From Candidatus Zhuqueibacterota bacterium (GTDB lineage Bacteria > Zhuqueibacterota > Zhuqueibacteria > Residuimicrobiales > JAFGEC01): a stretch of DNA of 49,462 nucleotides. Numbering within the stretch: position 1 is the first letter of the stretch; every line of letters begins with the position of its first letter. The stretch lies in contig JAFGEC010000238.1 in the NCBI GenBank assembly GCA_016931775.1, positions 1 through 49,462 on the forward strand, read 5' to 3'. The notes under the pieces were generated by a model. The model ran no database searches. It had not been told where the DNA came from and worked only from the letters and a program-made list of their open reading frames with translations. This document shows, in pieces, positions 27,666 through 37,693 of the stretch. The position numbers and the translations under genes are program-made.

Positions 27666-28658
27666 ATGAAAAAAACTCTCTTACTATTTGTCGTAATTCT
27701 ATTGTCTGGCGGATTTCTTTTTTCACAAGAAATACCCACCGTAGGACTTGTCGCGTATTATACATTTGACGAAGAAGATCCGCTTGTCGTAAAGGATCAT
27801 TCTGCACTCGGCCTTGACGGCGAAATTATGGGTGAAGTTGCCTATGAAGAAGGCGTTGTAGGGAAAGGATTGTATTTTAATGGAGCGGACACTTATGTTA
27901 ATTGCTACAATCCCGCAGAATTAAATATGGAATTCGAACTGACATTAATGGCCTGGGTTTATCCCCAAGACATCAATGATGGCGGGCAACATGATCCCTG
28001 GATTTCAAAGGGTGACAATCAGTATGCGCTGAAAAACGGAGCAGGTGCTTATTTTGAATTCTTTATTTATGACGATGGATGGCACGCTCCGAATATTCCA
28101 CTGGATGAATCTTATGATTTCGAATGGCATCATTATGCAGGAACATATGACGGCTACGAATTAAAGATGTTCATTGATGGCGAGATGCTTTTGATTGATC
28201 CATGGGAAGGGACAATAGACCCAACTGATTATGATTTTTATCTGGGTAGCAATTCCCAGGCTACGGGCCGTTTTTTCAATGGTATTCTCGATGAAGTGGC
28301 GGTTTATGAAGTCGCTTTATCGGAGGAGGACATTGCGGATATTTATAAAAGTTATTTCAGCAATTCGGTGGAAAAATACGAAAAATCCGCAACCGAATTT
28401 ACCCTGAATCAAAATTATCCCAATCCATTCAATCCAACGACTCAAATTACTTATAATCTTCCGGCCGACCAATTTGTGGATTTAAAAGTCTTTGATATCC
28501 TCGGCAAGGAAATTTGTTGTTTGGTCAACGAAAAACAGTCGGCGGGACTGCATTCCGTTCGTTTTGATGCAACCGGGCTTGCGGGCGGTGTATATTTTTA
28601 CAAATTAAAAACCGAGGAAAACGTTTTACTCACAAGAAAAATGGTATTAATGAAATAA
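27666..28658 (+). CDS. secreted LamG/concanavalin-like protein with C-terminal sorting domain
   Basis: Signal peptide (FLFS|Q), LamG motifs, QNYPNPFNP...GVYFY tail; start ATG 27666 or 27660. Confidence 0.88.
   Translation: MKKTLLLFVVILLSGGFLFSQEIPTVGLVAYYTFDEEDPLVVKDHSALGLDGEIMGEVAYEEGVVGKGLYFNGADTYVNCYNPAELNMEFELTLMAWVYPQDINDGGQHDPWISKGDNQYALKNGAGAYFEFFIYDDGWHAPNIPLDESYDFEWHHYAGTYDGYELKMFIDGEMLLIDPWEGTIDPTDYDFYLGSNSQATGRFFNGILDEVAVYEVALSEEDIADIYKSYFSNSVEKYEKSATEFTLNQNYPNPFNPTTQITYNLPADQFVDLKVFDILGKEICCLVNEKQSAGLHSVRFDATGLAGGVYFYKLKTEENVLLTRKMVLMK
27744..28355 (+). repeat. LamG duplication, copy 2
   Basis: Shares long identical blocks with copy 1, e.g. DGGQHDPWISKGD, QYALKNGAG, YFEFFIYD, EWHHYAGTYDG. 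Confidence 0.9.
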
Positions 28659-28667
28659 ACCCGAAAG

Positions 28668-28741
28668 GTAGGGTGCGGTTCTGCCAAAGTATCTTTTAAT
28701 ATGAGGAAAGATAGTTTACGGTAGAACCGCAGCCTGCGGTT
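28668..28741. repeat. long imperfect hairpin / REP-like palindrome between convergent genes
   Basis: GTAGGGTGCGGTTCTGCC (28668-28685) pairs with GGTAGAACCGCAGCCTGC (28720-28737); nested palindrome AACCGCAG-C-CTGCGGTT follows GTAG. Confidence 0.65.
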
Positions 28742-28940
28742 CATAATCTGCTGTATTACTAGACCAAATTAGACATCAAAAACTACACTCAAAGTGTTAA
28801 TGTAATGTTCAGACCAAAAATCACTCATTTCTATTAGAATTGAAAAGCATCAAGACAGACTGTTCAAAAAAATAAATACACAAAACGCATAACAATTCAT
28901 TTTTTCGATTTTGAAAATCCAAAACACCCGGAATTACCCG

Positions 28941-30521
28941 TTACTTCAACAACAACGCCTTGACGACTTTTATCTCCCCTCCTGCTCTCAATTTGAAAAA
29001 GTATATTCCCCCCGCCAAATTTTCCGCCTGATAGTAAGCCTCATGCCAGCCTGCCGGTTTTTCCTCATCTAAAATCCGGTCAACATACCGGCCCTGAGCA
29101 TTGTACACATCCAGTTGAACGTGACACGGTGTTGACAGCCCAAAGGGTAAAATCGTAGACGGATTAAAAGGATTGGGATAATTTTGCAGTATTTCAAAAA
29201 AACCCGGTGTTTGATCCATACGCTCCGTCACCAATGTGGGTGTACCCAACAATCCCCACGTCGCTCCGCAAATAGTTACATTTTGCAGAACATCTTGAAT
29301 GCTGTTGGGATCGATACTCCCGTTTGTATTCACTTTAATTTTAGACAGAACACCTTCAGCCGGTTGATTGAGATAATGTGAATACAATAACCACTCCCCG
29401 CCGGGACTCCACCCGTGCAATGTGACATTGTACAACGTATATTTTTGATCTTTAAAATAAATAGAACCCAAAGCGCGGCCGCTCATTGCATCGTAGACAA
29501 GAAGATATGTATACCACCCATAGCACCCCTTTAAAGCCAGCATCTTCTCATCCGGCGACCAGAACACATCCTGAACACCGCACCAGTTCGGATCCTTTTT
29601 CATATCCAAAAAAAGAACCTTGTTGTTGCCGTCTTTATCCGCGATATACAATCCCTGGTTTGTATAGCAGCCCTCCTGATAATCCAAAACAGCCAAACGG
29701 CCGGTTTGGCGTCCCACATCAAAACCATCAATATTGGCAATTCCGACACAGGGGGGAGTCAAATAGACCTCCTGATAGGCTTGTGCCCCTAAATCCGTGT
29801 ATTCGATGCTGTTTAATCCCTGCAGAAAATATATTCGATCGTCATACTCCACAGGATTCTGGAAATTGGTGCGGTAATCCGTATCAGGTATCAATTGAAG
29901 TGTGGTTGTTGCCGAGGGTGTAACAAAAACCTCCTGCGCATCGAATATGATCGTCCCGGGACGGTAAGCAACAACATACCGCCTTCCGGAGGGTACGTTC
30001 TCAGCCAAAAACGACCCGTCCGTTCCGGTATACAACAACTCTAATCCCTCAATATAAACAGGCGCACTCACCCAGGCACCGCCGCCAGATTTTAACACCT
30101 TGCCCTCAATAATTCCGCACGGACAACCCTGGTTCCAGTGACCCGAATTGGGACCGGGAGTAATCTGGTCCCACCAGCTGCCATCCGATGCAATACGAAA
30201 TATATTACGCCCGGCAGGTGTGTATAAATTTGTATTATCTGAACTAAAATATATGGATCTATTATCTTTGCCGATTCGCAGGTGAAATATTCCACCATTC
30301 TTTTGAACCGGGTGCACTTTAAAATCAAAAATCGCCGATTTTCCGCTTCCGTCCGTGTTTATGGTATATATTGTTGCATCCGTTTGAGAGGGATTTGACA
30401 GAGCAACCAGTATTTTTTCTACCGGATCGGCCTGACACGATGCCTGGGAATAAAATACCAGACATACAAAAAGTAAAAGTAGAATTTGTTTCAATTTTAA
30501 AAAACGATAATCGCTTTTCAT
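28941..30521 (-). CDS. secreted TolB-like beta-propeller protein with carboxypeptidase-regulatory-like insert and C-terminal sorting domain
   Basis: IYTINTDGSG, IFRIASDGS, WSPDE, WSPGG propeller motifs; IEGKV...TGTDGSF...VPSG; QNYPNPFNP tail. Confidence 0.72.
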   Translation of the reverse strand: MKSDYRFLKLKQILLLLFVCLVFYSQASCQADPVEKILVALSNPSQTDATIYTINTDGSGKSAIFDFKVHPVQKNGGIFHLRIGKDNRSIYFSSDNTNLYTPAGRNIFRIASDGSWWDQITPGPNSGHWNQGCPCGIIEGKVLKSGGGAWVSAPVYIEGLELLYTGTDGSFLAENVPSGRRYVVAYRPGTIIFDAQEVFVTPSATTTLQLIPDTDYRTNFQNPVEYDDRIYFLQGLNSIEYTDLGAQAYQEVYLTPPCVGIANIDGFDVGRQTGRLAVLDYQEGCYTNQGLYIADKDGNNKVLFLDMKKDPNWCGVQDVFWSPDEKMLALKGCYGWYTYLLVYDAMSGRALGSIYFKDQKYTLYNVTLHGWSPGGEWLLYSHYLNQPAEGVLSKIKVNTNGSIDPNSIQDVLQNVTICGATWGLLGTPTLVTERMDQTPGFFEILQNYPNPFNPSTILPFGLSTPCHVQLDVYNAQGRYVDRILDEEKPAGWHEAYYQAENLAGGIYFFKLRAGGEIKVVKALLLK

Positions 30522-30588
30522 GGGTTATCCTCCTGTCTTGTGCGAAAACCCAAAGATATGGCATAAAATTTACTCACCATCACAAATG

Positions 30589-30617
30589 AATATACATAAA
30601 CTTGCGGAATTTGACAA
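30589..30617 (-). promoter_or_regulatory. putative sigma70 promoter
   Basis: Minus strand TTGTCA-N17-TATATT upstream of ORF 30521. Confidence 0.5.
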
Positions 30618-30619
30618 CG

Positions 30620-32632
30620 TTATAATCGTATTATTTTAATCATCATATCCTGGTCCAGAACGGCAAAGTACACACCGGACGAAACGCGTCGCCCGGTCTG
30701 GTCGTATCCATCCCAAGTGCATTGATAGGAACCGGGCGGTTGCACCTTATCTACGACTTTAGCTACCAGCCTTCCCCGAACATCATAAATAAACAGTCGA
30801 ACGTAATCCTTTTGAGAAACGATATATTGAAGCACTGTTCGCGAGGAAAAAGGATTGGGGAAATTTTGCAGCAGGGAAAAATGATAGTCATCCATATTTA
30901 TATCTATATCCCGGCTCACTGTTTTCAAAATCCATTCATTGGGATCAATCAGGATTCTGGTTATTTGTTTTTCGGCACTTATTAAAAAGGTCTGTTCCTG
31001 CCGGTCGTTCCAAACGGTAACAAGAGAATCCGTTCCGTCCTGAAATTGCAGTAAAACCTGCACGGGCATAATAAAAACAGGCCGCCGGCCCAGTTTGCCC
31101 TGAGTTTGCCGAATATTCAATGAAATTTTTTTATCTTGCGGATCTTGAGAAAATGTGTAAAAATATTGAGGATAGTATTCGTCATAGAGCCATTGCTGAA
31201 AGAAAAAATCCAGATCTATTCCGCTTACATTTTCACAAACAGATAAAAAATCATCCGATGTCGCATGACTGTAGCGAATTTTTTCATAACCGGTATAGGC
31301 CTTCAAACATTTAAAAAATGATGCATCACCTAAAACACCTCTCAGCATATGTAAAAACCATGAACCTTTGGAATAGATAATGCCGATAAAAATTTGAAAT
31401 GGATCGGTCACCTCCTGCAGAAAGAGCGTTCCACCCTTTAGATATTCGTTTTCGCGCATTTTTTTTAAATAAGCTTCTTTGCCGTACTTGAATTCATGCC
31501 ACAATGCCTCGCAATACACGGCAAAGCCTTCATTCAACCACGCATGATGCCAGCTTTCACATGTTATCATGTCTCCGTACCACATATGAGCCAGTTCGTG
31601 TACCGCCACATCAAAATACAACTCGGACAAATTATTCATAACCGTGTTGGTCTGATTTTCAATGGCGTTGTAAAATCCAATTTCCGTCATGGCATATTTT
31701 TCCTCAGAAAATGGATAATGACCCAGGGTATGAATGAAAAAATCCATAACCTGCGGAAAATCAGCCATAATATCCCTTGAACTATTTAAATTCTCATTAA
31801 ACACATAATAATCTATAGGAAACTCGACCGGCCCGTTTATACTTTGCTGAAAATGGGTATAATTAGACACCGCCAGCATAACATAATAAGGAACAATGGG
31901 ATAACGCTCCCGCCAGAAAAATGTCTTTTTTCCCTCACCGGATTCGGTCTTTTCAAGTACGCCATTGGACACCGCAATATACTCACGTCTTTCTGCGGTT
32001 TTTTGAGGAATGGTAATATCGATGTAAACGGAATCGGCTTTGTCTCCAGGCCCATCTTTACAAGGCCACCAATAAAAAGAAAGAAATGGAGTGGAAAGCG
32101 TGGCAATAATCGGTTCATTTTTACCGTGAGTTTCATAAGCAAGCCCCTTGATTCCCCCGGCGCGCTCCGGTTTGCCCGCATAAAAAATTTTTATTTCACC
32201 CGTTTGAAATTTTTTATGTGATTGTTTTAGATGAATATAAATAGTGTCATTGGCAAAGCTGTGTCGGCGCACAGGTCCCTCAATACGGTCTATGCTGAGG
32301 GAATGGTGGAGATTCAATTTAAGTATTTCAAGTGAATCTATCGTCGCAGTAAAACGGCATAGTACCGAACCCTCGATATACGGTGAATCGATCTCCAGTC
32401 TGATATCGAGATGATAAAATAAAATGTCAAAACCGCTTTTATCATTCACATCAATAAAAGCGTTCTGCCACCGCTGCTGTTCTAATCGGTAAAAATTATT
32501 TAATTCGCTTTTCGAGTCCCCTGCAAACACCGGAAAAATCAGAACCTGAAATATAATTAGTACTGTCAAAACCGATACGACCGCTTTGCACCCTCCCAGG
32601 AGACGATTTGTATAATGGATGAATACGGTCAT
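30620..32632 (-). CDS. M1 family aminopeptidase with C-terminal sorting domain
   Basis: HELAHMWYGD...WLNEGFA (HEXXH-X18-E), AIENQT, YSKG; QNFPNPF tail. Confidence 0.92.
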   Translation of the reverse strand: MTVFIHYTNRLLGGCKAVVSVLTVLIIFQVLIFPVFAGDSKSELNNFYRLEQQRWQNAFIDVNDKSGFDILFYHLDIRLEIDSPYIEGSVLCRFTATIDSLEILKLNLHHSLSIDRIEGPVRRHSFANDTIYIHLKQSHKKFQTGEIKIFYAGKPERAGGIKGLAYETHGKNEPIIATLSTPFLSFYWWPCKDGPGDKADSVYIDITIPQKTAERREYIAVSNGVLEKTESGEGKKTFFWRERYPIVPYYVMLAVSNYTHFQQSINGPVEFPIDYYVFNENLNSSRDIMADFPQVMDFFIHTLGHYPFSEEKYAMTEIGFYNAIENQTNTVMNNLSELYFDVAVHELAHMWYGDMITCESWHHAWLNEGFAVYCEALWHEFKYGKEAYLKKMRENEYLKGGTLFLQEVTDPFQIFIGIIYSKGSWFLHMLRGVLGDASFFKCLKAYTGYEKIRYSHATSDDFLSVCENVSGIDLDFFFQQWLYDEYYPQYFYTFSQDPQDKKISLNIRQTQGKLGRRPVFIMPVQVLLQFQDGTDSLVTVWNDRQEQTFLISAEKQITRILIDPNEWILKTVSRDIDINMDDYHFSLLQNFPNPFSSRTVLQYIVSQKDYVRLFIYDVRGRLVAKVVDKVQPPGSYQCTWDGYDQTGRRVSSGVYFAVLDQDMMIKIIRL

Positions 32633-32643
32633 TTTTTCAAATA

Positions 32644-35496
32644 CTATCTAAGATATAGAATTTTTCCGGTTTTCGAATACTCACTTGCCAGAAAACGATA
32701 AAAATATGTACCGCTGCTTACTATGCGCTCCATCCTATCTGTTCCGTTCCATTTTACGCTGTATCGACCGCTATTTTGCCTGGACTGTACCAAGGTTCTT
32801 ATTTTTCGACCCAATGTATCATAAATGGTTAATTCGACCTGGGATGGAGCCCCAAGCTCGTATTCAAAGACCGTGCTTGAATTAAACGGATTCGGATAAT
32901 TGGTTTTGATGAGCCAATTTTGAGGCACATATAACTTTTGAGGACGGCGTATATCCATCGACTCCAATTCCTGCCAGAGTGTCTGAGCCGCTTCGGCATT
33001 CGTTTGCAGATCTTTGCTATCTGTTCCGGCCAGCATAGCCATGCCAAATTCCAGATTACCCTTGCCATCGATGGTGTGCGGCCCGGTGGCAATAACCTGT
33101 GAAACATCCGACGGACCCGCCTTTGTGTAGACCTCACCTCCGCTAATAGCTTCCCACTTTTCCAAGTCTGTAAAACCATCATATAAACCCCACCCGGGAT
33201 TGTTTTCATGCGTTTCGTCGTTATATATAGCACGATAATTTATCCGGCCGTCGCTTAAAATCGAACATCCTACATAAGTATCCGGACCGTTGCCGGCGTC
33301 ATAGGCGTAAGCGAGTTTTCGGCTCGCGTCAAAATCGACCATATTTGTAGAAAAATTGGCACCGTCAATATCCCAATCGAAAAACATACCAAAATGAAAA
33401 TTGGTAATAGGTGTTGCGTTTAAATTTTCCACATAATACTTGAAAAGGATGAGATCATCGTATGGAGGAGAACTTTTTGCAAAAGTAAACTGCGTGATAC
33501 GAATGTTCAGTGGATTATCCGCCGCAGTATCGGTAAAAATTCCCATACTTTCCTGATCGCTGATCGTACCGGGCGTTAGAATGCGAATATCGCCTTCCTC
33601 ATCCACTTCAAAATCCATATCAAATTGTAAAACATTGTCAGATAATACGCCTCTGGAGGCATTTAAAATTTTTTCCGGTCCGGTTCCCATCAATAGCGAT
33701 CCTTCAAACAACAAATTTGGCCCCCCGTCATATAAAAGCCCGATTCCCTGTGAAGAATTGGCCAAATCGGCAAAGCCAATCCGGCCGACATTGGTCACAG
33801 ACAGGGCGATATTATTTATATCAATATTGCCGAAAATCGGCATGATAATCATTCGGAAATGCTCAACTTCAACATAATCACCCGATTTGATCTCCAACTG
33901 AAAATCCACAGGATGACCACTGGGAGTAAAATCCTTTGACCGGAAGCGAAAAGGTGTCTCGTGTGTGTTCTCTTCATGTGTTGTCAAAGAGGCAATCAAT
34001 GAACTCTTGTTCAACAAAAAGACATAATTATCCTCCGTCGACAAGGTTAACTGAATACTTTTGGTAGACTGTAAATAATTTTTTAAATTCACAAAAACAT
34101 CAACAGTTTCTCCCGGTTCAATGATGTCATCCTTATCTTCATCGGAATACTGAACTTCTGTAATACGAATAGATGGAGAGGTTTCCGTCACAGCCCGTGC
34201 CGCATTTATACGTCCACGGCCCAGCTTCCCGACATACGATGGATTGACATCATCAACATTATCGGCAGTCACACGTAACTGTTCAACCGCCTGCACGCCG
34301 TTCCACCCGGGATTTAACGTTCGAATTAACGCCACGACTCCTGCAGCAATAGGACTTGCCATTGAGGTTCCACTTTTTGAACCATAACCGCCATTATTTA
34401 TCAGACTCAAGATATAATCGCCCGGAGCCGCCACATCAATGTCCGGCCCGTAATTTGAAAAACTGGATTTTTGATCCGATGAAGAAGTAGCGGCCACGGA
34501 CAATACATTTTGAAATGATGCGGGATAATGCGGCGCGTTAAGGTTATCGTTTCCTGCAGCTGCGACGACCGCTGCACCCATCTCTATGGCATAATTTATC
34601 GCCTCCCGCCCGAATTCAGATGCGGCATACTCTCCCCAGCTGCAATTGATCACTGAGGCTCCTATCTGGGCTGCATAAATAATTCCTTCATAGCCGCTCA
34701 GTATGTAAAAATCCTCGCGCGGATCGGATACATTGATAGCCATTACTTTTGCATTCCAACTCACGCCCGCAACACCAAGTGAATTATTGGTCACGGCACA
34801 TGCCAATCCCGCAGTATGAGTACCGTGATCCGCATTGATCGGTGTATTAACAAGCCCGACAGGATTATTGGTATTATTGGCAAAATTCCATCCATTTATA
34901 TCATCTATTTTTCCATTCAGATCGTCGTCTATTTTGTTGCCGGGAATTTCATTTTTATTGACCCACACATTATCACTCAGATCAGGATGCAAAATATCGG
35001 TTCCACCGTCGACAATCGCCACAACAACGGATCCCTGTTCGCCTCTAACTTTGGACCAAGCATCTGCCGCATGAATCACACTTGTATAGTATTGTTGGGA
35101 ATACATGGGATCATTTGGTATCTCACAAATCTTGTGTTTATATTTTGGTTCTGCATATTCGATATAATCGTTTAATTTCAACCGCCGTGCAATAACAACC
35201 GGAGAAATCGTTCCTGAAAAATAAGCATAATATATTTTGGAAAAACGATCCGTCTTTAACGCCGGATCCGGTGGAACAATTCTTGCAAGTTGATAAACAT
35301 TGTTTTCCCTCAAAATCTTGTCAACCGCAGGTATCCCGGTTTCAGCCTCAAGGTTTCCCATTTCCGGAAGATCTTTAAACTTTACCACAACGACTTGAGG
35401 AACAGTTTTCACTGTTGCAGGAACATCAACGTTGGCATATACCAGCCCCAATTGCATAAATATCAAAACGTTCAAAATAAAATACTTCATAATCAA
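32644..35496 (-). CDS. S8 (subtilisin-like) serine peptidase with C-terminal sorting domain
   Basis: VAIVDGG, HGTHTAG, AAAGN and SGTSMASP triad motifs; signal peptide and propeptide; NYPNPFN tail. Confidence 0.94.
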   Translation of the reverse strand: MIMKYFILNVLIFMQLGLVYANVDVPATVKTVPQVVVVKFKDLPEMGNLEAETGIPAVDKILRENNVYQLARIVPPDPALKTDRFSKIYYAYFSGTISPVVIARRLKLNDYIEYAEPKYKHKICEIPNDPMYSQQYYTSVIHAADAWSKVRGEQGSVVVAIVDGGTDILHPDLSDNVWVNKNEIPGNKIDDDLNGKIDDINGWNFANNTNNPVGLVNTPINADHGTHTAGLACAVTNNSLGVAGVSWNAKVMAINVSDPREDFYILSGYEGIIYAAQIGASVINCSWGEYAASEFGREAINYAIEMGAAVVAAAGNDNLNAPHYPASFQNVLSVAATSSSDQKSSFSNYGPDIDVAAPGDYILSLINNGGYGSKSGTSMASPIAAGVVALIRTLNPGWNGVQAVEQLRVTADNVDDVNPSYVGKLGRGRINAARAVTETSPSIRITEVQYSDEDKDDIIEPGETVDVFVNLKNYLQSTKSIQLTLSTEDNYVFLLNKSSLIASLTTHEENTHETPFRFRSKDFTPSGHPVDFQLEIKSGDYVEVEHFRMIIMPIFGNIDINNIALSVTNVGRIGFADLANSSQGIGLLYDGGPNLLFEGSLLMGTGPEKILNASRGVLSDNVLQFDMDFEVDEEGDIRILTPGTISDQESMGIFTDTAADNPLNIRITQFTFAKSSPPYDDLILFKYYVENLNATPITNFHFGMFFDWDIDGANFSTNMVDFDASRKLAYAYDAGNGPDTYVGCSILSDGRINYRAIYNDETHENNPGWGLYDGFTDLEKWEAISGGEVYTKAGPSDVSQVIATGPHTIDGKGNLEFGMAMLAGTDSKDLQTNAEAAQTLWQELESMDIRRPQKLYVPQNWLIKTNYPNPFNSSTVFEYELGAPSQVELTIYDTLGRKIRTLVQSRQNSGRYSVKWNGTDRMERIVSSGTYFYRFLASEYSKTGKILYLR

Positions 35497-36107
35497 CTTT
35501 CCATTATACTGTTCAATGCATTTATATTCAACATGTCAATAGCGTCCAAAAGCATTTCCATATCAACATTTTCACCTGTTAAATTAATTCCAAACCGGCT
35601 ATAGACTATTGTGGATATCCTCCCTTTTTTATGTACTTTATCATACTCGTGAAATGCCTTGTTACCATCTATAACAAAAGTTTTATTATAATTATTTTCA
35701 TTATCAATTGAAATATATTTGTTATACCAGTTAAATTCCGACAAAAGGGATGAGTGTGTATCGGATCCCAGATCCACAATCATCAGCTCAATTTTCAACG
35801 GCTCCTTTCCATAGGTGGCCTGAGCGCGGCTTATGGTAATACCGTTAACAACGCTGGTGTGCCCGGATAAATTCTGCCTCGGTAAACCCTCCAGTTCATC
35901 CGGAATGACTCTTTTAAGCTGGGTAAAAGATGCCGGTTTAGTATCATTTCTCCCGCTCAATTGACTTGCTGATTGTCCCGGACTGCTCTGCTGATTATTA
36001 TTACTCCGCATTTGACTGGCGAATTCGGCAGCCTTCCGATCATTTTCATTTTGAGTACAGGATAATAAACCTGTTAGCAAAAATAAAATCGAGAAACAAC
36101 AACGCAT
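35493..36107 (-). CDS. hypothetical lipoprotein
   Basis: Lipobox LLSC; start ATG 36107 after AAGGAG; stop overlaps the S8 start. Confidence 0.75.
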   Translation of the reverse strand: MRCCFSILFLLTGLLSCTQNENDRKAAEFASQMRSNNNQQSSPGQSASQLSGRNDTKPASFTQLKRVIPDELEGLPRQNLSGHTSVVNGITISRAQATYGKEPLKIELMIVDLGSDTHSSLLSEFNWYNKYISIDNENNYNKTFVIDGNKAFHEYDKVHKKGRISTIVYSRFGINLTGENVDMEMLLDAIDMLNINALNSIMES

Positions 36108-36142
36108 TTTTTTCTCCTTGTATTCTGGCATAAATGTTCATA

Positions 36143-36171
36143 ATATTACTAAAACAAGACATTTTATGCAA
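36143..36171 (-). promoter_or_regulatory. putative sigma70 promoter of lipoprotein-S8-M1
   Basis: Minus strand TTGCAT-N17-TAATAT. Confidence 0.5.
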
Positions 36172-36258
36172 GGTGAAAAACACCAGATGAATAAATTCGC
36201 AACCAAAGTGTATTAGATTTAGTTTTTAAGGCTAATTGACTTTTTAGCGGAGTAAAAA

Positions 36259-36864
36259 TTGCCAAAAGCCAAGGATTTTTCGTCGAATCTAAAAACCAAA
36301 AATCAAACGACCGGAGACGAACGCCAGATTATTATTAATTGTCAAAACGGCGACAAACAGGCTTATGGTTTTCTGGTGGAGAAATATAAACAACGAGCAT
36401 ATTTTACCGCCCTCGGCATTGTGGGATCACCGGATTGCGCTCTCGATTTATCACAAGATGCATTCATTCGTGCATTCCGGGCCATTACCCGCCTGGATGC
36501 CGATAAAAATTTTTTTACCTGGTATTACCGTATCCTTCGAAATTTATGTTTTAACTTTTTGCGTGATAAATCCCGACATGCACGATCGTTTTCTGAAATC
36601 GATGAAAAAAAACTGGCGAAAATCCAGGATGAATCGCTGGACACTCAAAAACTAATTGAAAAAAATGAAATCCAGGCTATTGTATGGAATGCTTTGTACA
36701 AACTTGAAAAAAAAGAAAGAGAAATAATAATTTTAAAGGATTTCCAGGATTTATCGTACAAAGAAATCGCGGAAATACTGGATTGTCCTATCGGGACTGT
36801 GATGTCACGGCTTTATAATGCTCGCAAGGCATTAAAAGCCAAATTACGAGGTTTGTATGAGTGA
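36259..36864 (+). CDS. ECF-family RNA polymerase sigma factor
   Basis: DLSQDAFIRA, FFTWYYRI..N, LSYKEIAEILDCPIGTVMSRLYNAR; TTG start after GGAG. Confidence 0.93.
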   Translation: MPKAKDFSSNLKTKNQTTGDERQIIINCQNGDKQAYGFLVEKYKQRAYFTALGIVGSPDCALDLSQDAFIRAFRAITRLDADKNFFTWYYRILRNLCFNFLRDKSRHARSFSEIDEKKLAKIQDESLDTQKLIEKNEIQAIVWNALYKLEKKEREIIILKDFQDLSYKEIAEILDCPIGTVMSRLYNARKALKAKLRGLYE

Positions 36865-37303
36865 GCAACGTTTTCACATACTGTTGATGGGTGCAATTGA
36901 TGGTGAACTCGATCAGCAGGAATTTGCAGAATTCGAACAACTATTGTCGGAGAACGCAAATTTTCAAGAGGAATATAAAGAATATAAAAAGTTAAAGGAG
37001 GTGACACAAAAAATGCAATTTAAACCACCATCCCCTGAAGTATGGGATAATTATTGGACAGGCATCTATAATCGACTGGAACGTGGGATCGGTTGGATTT
37101 TTTTCTCTATTGGTTGTATCATCCTCTTGATGTTTGGAGGATACAAACTCGTGGAGAGCATTATCGCAGATCCCAACCTGTCCCCTGTAGTAAAAGCAGG
37201 TATTTTATTTCTCATTGCGGGACTGGCCGTTTTGCTGGTATCGGTTGTACGTGAGAAACTAACCATTTATAAATCAGATCCTTATAAGGAGATAAAAAGA
37301 TGA
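36857..37303 (+). CDS. membrane anti-sigma factor
   Basis: Overlaps the ECF gene; N-terminal LMGAIDGEL anti-sigma-domain helix; two C-terminal TM helices. Confidence 0.82.
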   Translation: MSEQRFHILLMGAIDGELDQQEFAEFEQLLSENANFQEEYKEYKKLKEVTQKMQFKPPSPEVWDNYWTGIYNRLERGIGWIFFSIGCIILLMFGGYKLVESIIADPNLSPVVKAGILFLIAGLAVLLVSVVREKLTIYKSDPYKEIKR

Positions 37304-37614
37304 TGACCGTTTCTTCCTCTTCCATTGCAGGGAAAAAAATCGTAAAGACGCTTGGGCTGGTCCGCGGCAACACCATCCGTGCCCGTCATATCGGATCGGA
37401 TATTCTGGCCGGATTAAAGAATATTGTCGGTGGTGAAATTGAAAACTATACGAAGCTTATGGCGGAATCCAGAGAGCAGGCCCTGGACCGAATGATAGCT
37501 GCGGCTGAAGAACTTGAAGCAAATGCAATTGTTGATGTACAGTTCAGCACAAGTTACATCATGGGAGCAGCTGCGGAAATACTTGTGTATGGTACTGCCG
37601 TAATTGTCGAATAA
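37300..37614 (+). CDS. YbjQ (UPF0145) family protein
   Basis: LGLVRGNTIRAR.IG.D, GGEI..YTKL...REQA..RM, YGTAV. Confidence 0.92.
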   Translation: MMTVSSSSIAGKKIVKTLGLVRGNTIRARHIGSDILAGLKNIVGGEIENYTKLMAESREQALDRMIAAAEELEANAIVDVQFSTSYIMGAAAEILVYGTAVIVE

Positions 37615-37693
37615 ATGGGATGGATTCGGAATGTTCTAATTCACTGATGAATGAACAATATTCAGAACAAACGACGAACAATCATTTTACACG

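Noticed and set aside
28621-28635. 15-nt exact reverse complement of 9397-9411 (ACGTTTTACTCACAA)
   Set aside because: A few 15-mer matches are expected by chance in 49 kb of AT-rich DNA, and this copy lies inside a CDS
30611-30626. Adjacent TTGACA and TATAAT on the + strand
   Set aside because: The spacer is only 4 nt and it points antisense into the M1 gene; the plausible promoter here is on the minus strand
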